NCBI GenBank assembly: GCA_963808625.1
Contig: CAWEHK010000031.1
Coordinates: 1 to 64,000, forward strand
Direction: 5' to 3'
Length of the DNA stretch: 64,000 nt
DNA from: an uncultured delta proteobacterium
Lineage (GTDB): Bacteria; Desulfobacterota; Syntrophobacteria; Syntrophobacterales; Syntrophobacteraceae
Every line of letters starts with the position of its first letter. Positions within the stretch are counted from its first letter, which is position 1. The notes below the pieces were generated by a model. That model was not told where the DNA came from. It ran no database searches and saw nothing but the letters and a program-made list of their open reading frames with translations. Positions 57,269-64,000 of this stretch are shown one piece after another. Made by a program: the position numbers and the translations under genes.

Positions 57269-57454
57269 GCCTTTCCTCCTTTGTCACTCCCTCATACCAT
57301 CGCACGACATTCTGCGTCATCACAAGTTCTTTCCTGTAACAATTGATTTCCCCAATGGTAACTGCAGTGATACACATGGCGCGTAAGGTGTATAATCGTG
57401 GCCGTGCGCACAAAATCCTGCAAGGCTAACCCTGCAAACAAGGAGAAAAAAGAT
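57257..57454 (+). repeat. 198-bp direct repeat of the antiporter/ald divergent promoter region, copy 1 (copy 2 at 61926-62123)
   Basis: One mismatch seen; ends at the AT of the ald start codon. Confidence 0.95.
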
Positions 57455-57618
57455 TAACCGCTGAAAGCATCTAAGCGGGACCCCCCCAAGATGAGAGTTC
57501 CCCTCTGGAGCGATCCAGGCTGAAGGCCCCTTGAAGACCACAAGGTTGATAGGTCGGGTGTGTAAGGGCAGCAATGTTTTGAGCTAACCGATCCTAATGG
57601 GCCGTGCGGCTTGACCAT
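57455..57618 (+). rRNA. rrl: 3'-terminal fragment (~165 nt) of 23S rRNA
   Basis: taaccgctgaaagcatctaagcggga...ccaagatgag...ggttgataggtcgggtgtgtaag...gagctaaccg...ggcttgacc. Confidence 0.92.
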
Positions 57619-57700
57619 TCTAAAAAAGGCAATTGGTCGAGATCAGGACGCGGACTACGCAAACAAAGAGATCCCTATTCGGTAAGAGCAATCGATTTGA

Positions 57701-57816
57701 GGCGGTGGCGTTAGCGAGGAGGCCACACCCGTTCCCATCCCGAACACGGTCGTTAAGCTCCTCAGCGCCGATGGTACTGCGCGGGCGACTGCGTGGCAGA
57801 GTAGGTCGCCGCCGCC
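57701..57816 (+). rRNA. rrf: 5S rRNA (full length)
   Basis: cacccgttcccatcccgaacacgg, gttaagc, gccgatggtactg and gagtagg motifs, with paired ends. Confidence 0.95.
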
Positions 57817-57828
57817 TCAATCCTTAAT

Positions 57829-57863
57829 GAGCTGGGTGGAAGTTTCCTTCTCCCGGCTTTTTT
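57829..57863 (+). terminator. rrn-type intrinsic terminator
   Basis: gagctggg...cccggctttttt after the 5S gene. Confidence 0.6.
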
Positions 57864-58086
57864 ATTCCCAATCAAAGCACGAACTGTCGCCCTGCGGATT
57901 CAACCTGGATCGGCCAAACCAGTGCCGCTCAGAAGCGCCTCTCTGTTAACCTTTTTGCAACCTTAGCTTTGATATTGAGCGCAGCCACAACCGGGTCCAG
58001 CTCCACTTTGGGGGAGCATGGAGGGCCGATCAATCGGCCCAAGCTCGTAGGACAAGCTTCCCGGCAGCCTCTGCAAAGGGACTTTT

Positions 58087-59322
58087 ATGGCTGCCGTCTC
58101 GCCAGTCTATCACCCAAGAGAGCCAACAGACTCCCCCTTGTGGAGGATACTGCACAACCACTATCCTGATTTCAAGTCCGGCTATGACGAGCATTGCGAG
58201 AAGCAGTACGGGTTCTTCCGGCCGGTTGTGGACGAAGCAGACGGGCTCTTTCGACCCAATGGGACCTTCTATTGTCTCCCCAAGACGGAGCTTGAAGAAC
58301 TGGAAGAGATCTTCCGCTCCAAGGTCCTGGCCATGTTGAAAGCTGAGGCCAGAATAAACGACGGGCTTATTGAAAAATTCATCGCCTGGCATCACAGCGG
58401 TTTCAGCGTGCATGCCGGAAATCAGATAGCCAGAGACGACCGGGACGGTCAGAAGGCCCTGGCGGAATATATTCTGCGAAACGCCTTCTCCGAGCAGAAG
58501 ATTACCTATCTCGAGGATACCGGCAAGGTCCTTTACCGGTCGGCCATGACCCATGGGAGCAACAAGAAAAACTTCGAGGTTTTCTCTGCCGAGGAATTCA
58601 TCGCCGCCATCACTCAGCATATCCCAGACAAGCATTTTCAGATGGTAAGGTACTACGGCTGGTATTCAAGTAGAAGCAGGGGAGAATGAATCAAGGCCGG
58701 GCTCTTCAGGCCGGGGGATGAGCGGGCGTCTTCGGCGGTGAGCCCTGAGGTGACCGTGCTGGATGTGTCTGACCATCGGCCCCGACGGGTGCCGTCCAAG
58801 ACATGGCGAGAGCTCATAAGAAAGATCTGGGAAGTGGACCCTCTCAGTTGTCCCCGATGCGGCCATGAGATGAAGATAATCAGCCGGATTCATGAACCTG
58901 GCGTCATAGAACGCTTCCTTCGCCATCTCGGGTTGTGGAAGCAGCACCCCGACCCTCGGGAGGGAAAAATCAAAACGCCTGCGGACGGGCCGGTTGTCAT
59001 GGAGGATTTCGACGACGGCTGGCCCGGATATGAAGAGCCGGTCTTCGTCTACCACTAAACTCCGCCGCTGGAGAGATCTCCCCCCGGCTACCACAGGAGC
59101 AGTCTGTCCTCAAACCGGGGCAAATACCCTCTTTCAAGCCCTTTGCAAACAAGGAAGCCGGTCGGAAGCTCAATCTGCAGAACTCCCTATCCTGGCGACC
59201 ATCATGGTGAAGCACCATGGTGGTTCTTGTCTTTATGCCCCATGAAATCGGTACAAAAATGTCCTTGACAGAGTCCACGACTTCTGCTGCTCAAAAAACC
59301 TCGAAAAAGCAATTTCCTATCA
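58087..59322 (+). mobile_element. IS91/ISCR-like rolling-circle element, copy 1 (internal deletion and nonsense codon)
   Basis: N-terminus fused in frame to the post-HUH region (RPVVDE/ADGLF); HSGFSVH and VRYYGWYS motifs; TGA at 58687; oriIS-like end gcaatttcctatca. Confidence 0.85.
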
Positions 59323-59324
59323 GT

Positions 59325-59500
59325 CGACCACGATGCCGGGAAAGGAAAGGGAGAGAAAACCCAGGGACTCCAGGATGCCTACCCCTACCGTGCGTACCTT
59401 GACGATCATGTAGGCGACGAAAATGGAGAGCATCGCCCCCGAGAGCCCGAGGATGAGACTATTCTTGACCGACAGGAGCGAAATCAGGTCGTTCAGCCTC
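59325..59500 (-). pseudogene. Internal fragment of an FbpB-like ABC permease
   Basis: KNSLILGLSGAMLSIFVAY...LSLSFPGIVV, cut at the oriIS. Confidence 0.6.
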
Positions 59501-59565
59501 AGGACTCTGGCCAGCACCGCGGATTCATCGGGTAGAACATTACTCACCAGTGCAAAATAATACCG

Positions 59566-59867
59566 TCACAACAAGCGATTGAGCCATTTCTTCGGGTCTC
59601 GTGAGGTATGGAAAATGCCATAAACGGTCACATTCGCACCACAGTATACTCGTAAAAGACAGAGTACGGAAATCGCCTCACTAATGCCCGACGATACTCC
59701 TCATGGATTCTAGCGTGGAGCTCAGGCGTACGACAAATTGCCTGAATACAAGCGTCCACACAGCACAGGAACTCTTCCCCCAAACCGGGGCGACGATCTT
59801 CGTACCAAGAATATGCCTCATCAACGTCCTGTTGCGCTTCCGGCGCGATGATTAGTTCAGCGGCCAT
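59566..59867 (-). CDS. RelE/ParE-family toxin (frameshift near 59635)
   Basis: AYSWYEDRRPGLGEEF and RRFPYSVFY, continuing as IFHTSRDPKKW. Confidence 0.85.
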
Positions 59868-60081
59868 AGCGACTTCGTACCTTGCGTTTTACCTCGATCC
59901 ACGAAAGTCCCGAAGCCGGGTTGTTCATCAAGTTCGCCCTGCGACGAGTCAATTCTTCTTTTTGCCATTCGTATACCGGAACTTCTGAGGGGGTAGCAGC
60001 CAGATCATCCCAAAGATCTTCCACCAGTTGAAGCTTCTCTGGCGGAGTCAGGTCGAATACGGAAACAGTATTTGAATTCAT
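59857..60081 (-). CDS. Addiction-module antitoxin (TIGR02574-like)
   Basis: LTPPEKLQLVEDLWDDL...WQKEELTRR. Confidence 0.85.
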   Translation of the reverse strand: MNSNTVSVFDLTPPEKLQLVEDLWDDLAATPSEVPVYEWQKEELTRRRANLMNNPASGLSWIEVKRKVRSRYGR

Positions 60082-60237
60082 TGGCACCCTCTTGATTGAG
60101 GACAATCCTAAGAATTGGAATGATTGTTTCGATTAAAAACAGATAAATTATATCCTTCTCCCGCCGAATGTAAAGTTCACCTGCGAATGGAACGAGTCTG
60201 GTGCACCTTTCAGCCAACGATCTGCATTCTGGTGAGT

Positions 60238-60600
60238 TTAAAGTCCGATCAGAGAGGCCAGCACTACCAGCGCCGATGAAAAGAAAATCATGATGATGCC
60301 CAGGGCGGAGAGCCTGCCCCACAAGCCGTCCTCGGCAAAGCGCAGGACCTGCACCGCCAGGACCTCCGTCCCGGGACGCGAGAGCACCACCGAAAGGGTG
60401 AGCTCGCGCACGAACATGGTTGCCATGAGGATCCACCCCGACACGATGCCGGGGATGAGCAGCGGGATGACGATGCGGCGCAGGGTGCGGAAGGGGGTCG
60501 CACCGCACACCCGGGAGGATTCCTCGAGCGAGACGTCAAAGGCGCTCATGGCCGGCGCGATGATCAGGTAGGCGATGGGCAGATCGAGCAGCCCCTCGAA
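60238..60600 (-). pseudogene. 3' fragment of an FbpB-like ABC permease
   Basis: EAA-type loop SLEESSRVCGA followed by C-terminal TM helices. Confidence 0.75.
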
Positions 60601-60645
60601 CCAGGATCATTCCAGACAGGGAATAGATATTGAAAAGAGCGCTTC

Positions 60646-61924
60646 ATTCCGATCATGCTCCGCATTTATTTCAAGTACGACCGAAAACTCCTCACCCAAC
60701 TATGCCACTGCGCCAAAGAGAGCCTGGAGATGTTCTTTCGAACCTTGCTGGGCCTCGATGACGGCATCCTCGGGATGATCATGGTCATCCACACCTTCGG
60801 GGATTACGCCAGGTTTCATCCTCATCTTCATGCCATCGTCGCCGACGGGCTGTTTCGAGCGAATGGGACCTTTTATTGCCTGCCCGAAAGAGACATCAAA
60901 GCGCTGGAAGAGATCTTCCGTTCCAAGGTCCTGGCCATGTTGAAGGCTGAGGGCAGGATAGACGACGGGCTTATTGAAAAACTCATGGCCTGGCATCACA
61001 GCGGATTCAGCGTGCATGCCGGAAACCGCATTGCCAGAGACGACCGGGACGGGCAGAACGCCTTGGCGGAATATATCCTGCGAAACGCCTTCTCCGAGCA
61101 GAAGATTACCTATATCGAGGATACCGGCAAGGTCCTTTACCGGTCGGCCATGACCCATGGGAGCAACAAGAAAAACTTCGAGATTTTCACTGCCGAGGAA
61201 TTCATCGCCGCCATCACTCAGCATATCCCAGACAAGCATTTTCAGATGGTAAGGTACTACGGCTGGTATTCAAGTAGAAGCAGGGGAGAAAGAATCAAGG
61301 CCGGGCTCTTCAGGCCGGGGGATGAGCGGGCGTCTTCGGCGGTGAGCCCTGAGGTGACCGTGCTGGATGTGTCCGACCATCGGCCGCGGCGGGTGCCGCC
61401 CAAGACATGGCGAGAGCTCATAAGAAAGATCTGGGAAGTGGACCCTCTCAGTTGTCCCCGATGCGGCCATGAGATGGAGATCATCAACCTGATCATGAAC
61501 CCGACTTCATAGAACGCATCCTCCGCCATCTCGGGTTGTGGAAGCAGCCCCCCGACCCTCGGGAGGGAAAAATCAAAACGCCTGCGGACGGGCCGGTTGT
61601 CATGGAGATTTTCGACGGCGGCTGGCCCGGATATGAAGAGCCTGTCTTCGTCTACCACTAAACTCCGCCGCTGGAGAGATCTCCCCCCGGCTACCACAGG
61701 AGCAGTCTGTCCTCAAACCGGGGCAAATACCCTCTTTCAAGCCCTCTGCAAACAAGGAAGCCGGTCGGAAGCTCAATCTGCAGAACTCCCCATCCTGGCG
61801 ACCATCATGGTGAAGCACCATGGTGGTTCTTGTCTTTATGCCCCATGAAATCGGTACAAAAATGTCCTTGACAGAGTCCACGACTTCTGCTGCTCAAAAA
61901 ACCTCGAAAAGCAATTTCCTATCA
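60646..61924 (+). mobile_element. IS91/ISCR-like rolling-circle element, copy 2 (5' truncated)
   Basis: HTFG...FHPHLHAIV (HUH), YILR, VRYYGWYS and CPRCG motifs; about 1.09 kb shared with copy 1; same oriIS-like end. Confidence 0.88.
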
Positions 61925-62121
61925 GTCCACGCATCATGCCTTTCCTCCTTTGTCACTCCCTCATACCATCGCACGACATTCTGCGTCATCACAAGTTCTT
62001 TCCTGTAACAATTGATTTCCCCAATGGTAACTGCAGTGATACACATGGCGCGTAAGGTGTATAATCGTGGCCGTGCGCACAAAATCCTGCGAGGCTAACC
62101 CTGCAAACAAGGAGAAAAAAG

Positions 62122-63234
62122 ATGATCGTAGGAATCTTGAAGGAAATCAAGGATCAGGAATACCGTGTTTGTATGACTCCCGCGGGAGTGGAGGTGATGA
62201 AATTGAACGGCCACGTCCTTCTGGTCGAAAAGGATGCCGGAGCCGGGAGTGGCTTTGAGGATGAAGCTTACGTGGAGGCGGGCGCCGAGATTGTCGCGAC
62301 GGCCAGGGAAGTGTATGAGAGGTCAGGGATGATCATGCGCGTGAAAGAGCCGCAACCTGTGGAGTACGATTTGATCAAGAAGGAGCAAATCCTCTTCACC
62401 TATCTTCACCTGGCGGCGGATAGAGAGCTGACTGATGCACTCATTAAAACCGGCTCGGTTTGCATCGCCTATGAAACCATTCAGAAGGCGGATGGTTCTT
62501 TGCCTTTGCTGATCCCGATGAGCGAAGTGGCGGGGAGGATGGCCATCCAGCAGGGGGCAAAGTATCTGGAGATGGCGCAGGGAGGCGACGGCGTTCTGCT
62601 GGGGGGAGTTCCGGGAGTCGATCCCGGCATGGTGGTCATCCTTGGCGGCGGCATTGTCGGCACCAACGCGGCGAAGATGGCCTGCGGTCTGGGCGCTAAA
62701 GTCTATGTCCTCGATATGAGCCTCGATCGCCTCCGCTATTTGAGTGATGTTATGCCGGCGAACTGTTTTCTGCTCTTTGCCAGCCCGGCTACCGTCAGGG
62801 AGTTGATCGCGAGAGCTGATGTCGTCGTGGGTGCAGTGCTCGTCCCGGGTACCAAGGCCCCCAAACTGGTCACCCGCGAGATGGTGAAGACCATGAAGAA
62901 AGGCTCGGTGCTGGTTGATGTGGCCATCGATCAGGGCGGATGCTTCGAAACCTCGAAGGCGACCACCCACACCAACCCCACCTTCGTGGTGGATGGCGTG
63001 GTCCACTACTGCGTGGCCAACATGCCGGGTGCGGTTGCCAAGACCTCTACCCATGCTTTGACCAATGCCACCCTGCCCTACGCGGTCCAGATCGCCAACA
63101 AGGGGTGGAAACGGGCCATGAAGGAAAACCCCGAAATCAAACTGGGCGCCAACGTCATCAACGGCAAAATTACCTATAAGGGCGTGGCCGATGCTTTTGG
63201 CCTGGAATTGACTCCGATCGATGAACTCCTCTAA
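62122..63234 (+). CDS. ald: Alanine dehydrogenase
   Basis: [36 protein letters not shown] and [11 protein letters not shown] motifs. Confidence 0.96.
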   Translation: MIVGILKEIKDQEYRVCMTPAGVEVMKLNGHVLLVEKDAGAGSGFEDEAYVEAGAEIVATAREVYERSGMIMRVKEPQPVEYDLIKKEQILFTYLHLAADRELTDALIKTGSVCIAYETIQKADGSLPLLIPMSEVAGRMAIQQGAKYLEMAQGGDGVLLGGVPGVDPGMVVILGGGIVGTNAAKMACGLGAKVYVLDMSLDRLRYLSDVMPANCFLLFASPATVRELIARADVVVGAVLVPGTKAPKLVTREMVKTMKKGSVLVDVAIDQGGCFETSKATTHTNPTFVVDGVVHYCVANMPGAVAKTSTHALTNATLPYAVQIANKGWKRAMKENPEIKLGANVINGKITYKGVADAFGLELTPIDELL

Positions 63235-63536
63235 GGCAAAGCACGGGGATGGAGAGAAGTGCAAACCGTCCCCTTCTTTCGGTCTGACCCGAGGTCGCTG
63301 TCTTAGAGACCTGATCCGTCCTGATTCTTCTGCAAGATCTCTTGGAACGGCGGGGCAGATCAATTATTCTTGTTCGAAGGCTGTCAGGTCGGTGATGCCC
63401 AAAGTGATCACATCAGAACGAGAGCATGCCGGCTGAGGTGTATTCTATTCCTGGCGGCCCTGCCGGGGTGCGAGGGGAGCGCCTGAAGTCCCTTCTTGAA
63501 TTCTTTGTCTCAGTTAACTGGTTAGGAGATGAGAAC

Positions 63537-64000
63537 ATGAGAAATGTTGTGATTGTGTCCGGATCGAGGACTCCAGTGGGAGCTTTTGGTGGGAGCCTGA
63601 AGTCGACGCCTGTCGTCCAGTTGGGTGCTTTGGTCATGAAGGAGGCCCTGAGGAAAGTCGGGTTGCGTCCGGTGACGATGACGGAGTTGCAAGGGTTTGA
63701 ACCCGACGCTCTGCAGGGTGTCGGACCGACAGACCTGGAAACGAAGGCCAACGACTACAACGCCTCCCTGCAGCCGGTTCAAGTTGACGAAGTGATCATG
63801 GGAAATGTGCTTTCGACTGGACAGGGTCAGAATGTCACCAGGCAGGCCATGATCGGGGCCGGCATTCCCAAGGAGACGCCCGCTTACACGGTAAACAAGC
63901 TTTGCGCGTCCGGGATGAAGGCCGTGGCTTTGGCGGCCCAGGCCATTGGCAGTGGCAGTGCCGAGATTATCCTGGCTGGGGGCATGGAAAACATGAGCCT
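63537..64000 (+). CDS. Acetyl-CoA C-acetyltransferase (thiolase), runs off the window
   Basis: SRTPVGAFGGSL, EVIMGNVL, NKLCASGMKAV and AGGMENMS motifs. Confidence 0.92.
   Translation, partial: MRNVVIVSGSRTPVGAFGGSLKSTPVVQLGALVMKEALRKVGLRPVTMTELQGFEPDALQGVGPTDLETKANDYNASLQPVQVDEVIMGNVLSTGQGQNVTRQAMIGAGIPKETPAYTVNKLCASGMKAVALAAQAIGSGSAEIILAGGMENMS

Noticed and set aside
57455..57816. Complete rRNA operon
   Set aside because: No 16S and only about 165 nt of 23S are present.

Overview
64 kb of an anaerobic bacterial chromosome, probably Desulfobacterota (inferred from LdhH/LutC plus GlcD/GlcF lactate genes, split gcvPA/gcvPB and the repeat types). Core clusters are lactate oxidation with two CoA transferases, pxpBCA, lpdA-gcvH-gcvPA-gcvPB-lipB-lipA, an antiporter, ald and a thiolase. 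Between them lies dense accessory material: the DUF499 end of a probable defence locus, a c-di-GMP-I riboswitch upstream of a secreted beta-propeller, a sulfatase, a phage recombination remnant, at least five toxin-antitoxin modules, a truncated comM followed by two paralogous large secreted proteins (one hit by a complete IS5), a yybP-ykoY riboswitch and several MITE/REP families. The most striking structure is a recurring host-segment / cargo / same-host-segment arrangement, with duplications of 198 bp, about 390 bp and 1.77 kb. Two of the cargos carry HUH transposases (IS91/ISCR-like and RAYT-like) plus scrambled gene fragments, including the 3' tail of 23S rRNA and a 5S rRNA. Many genes have single-base frameshifts that look like long-read consensus errors, so pseudogene calls and junctions need read-level confirmation. 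All calls are from reading the sequence by eye; no database searches were run.
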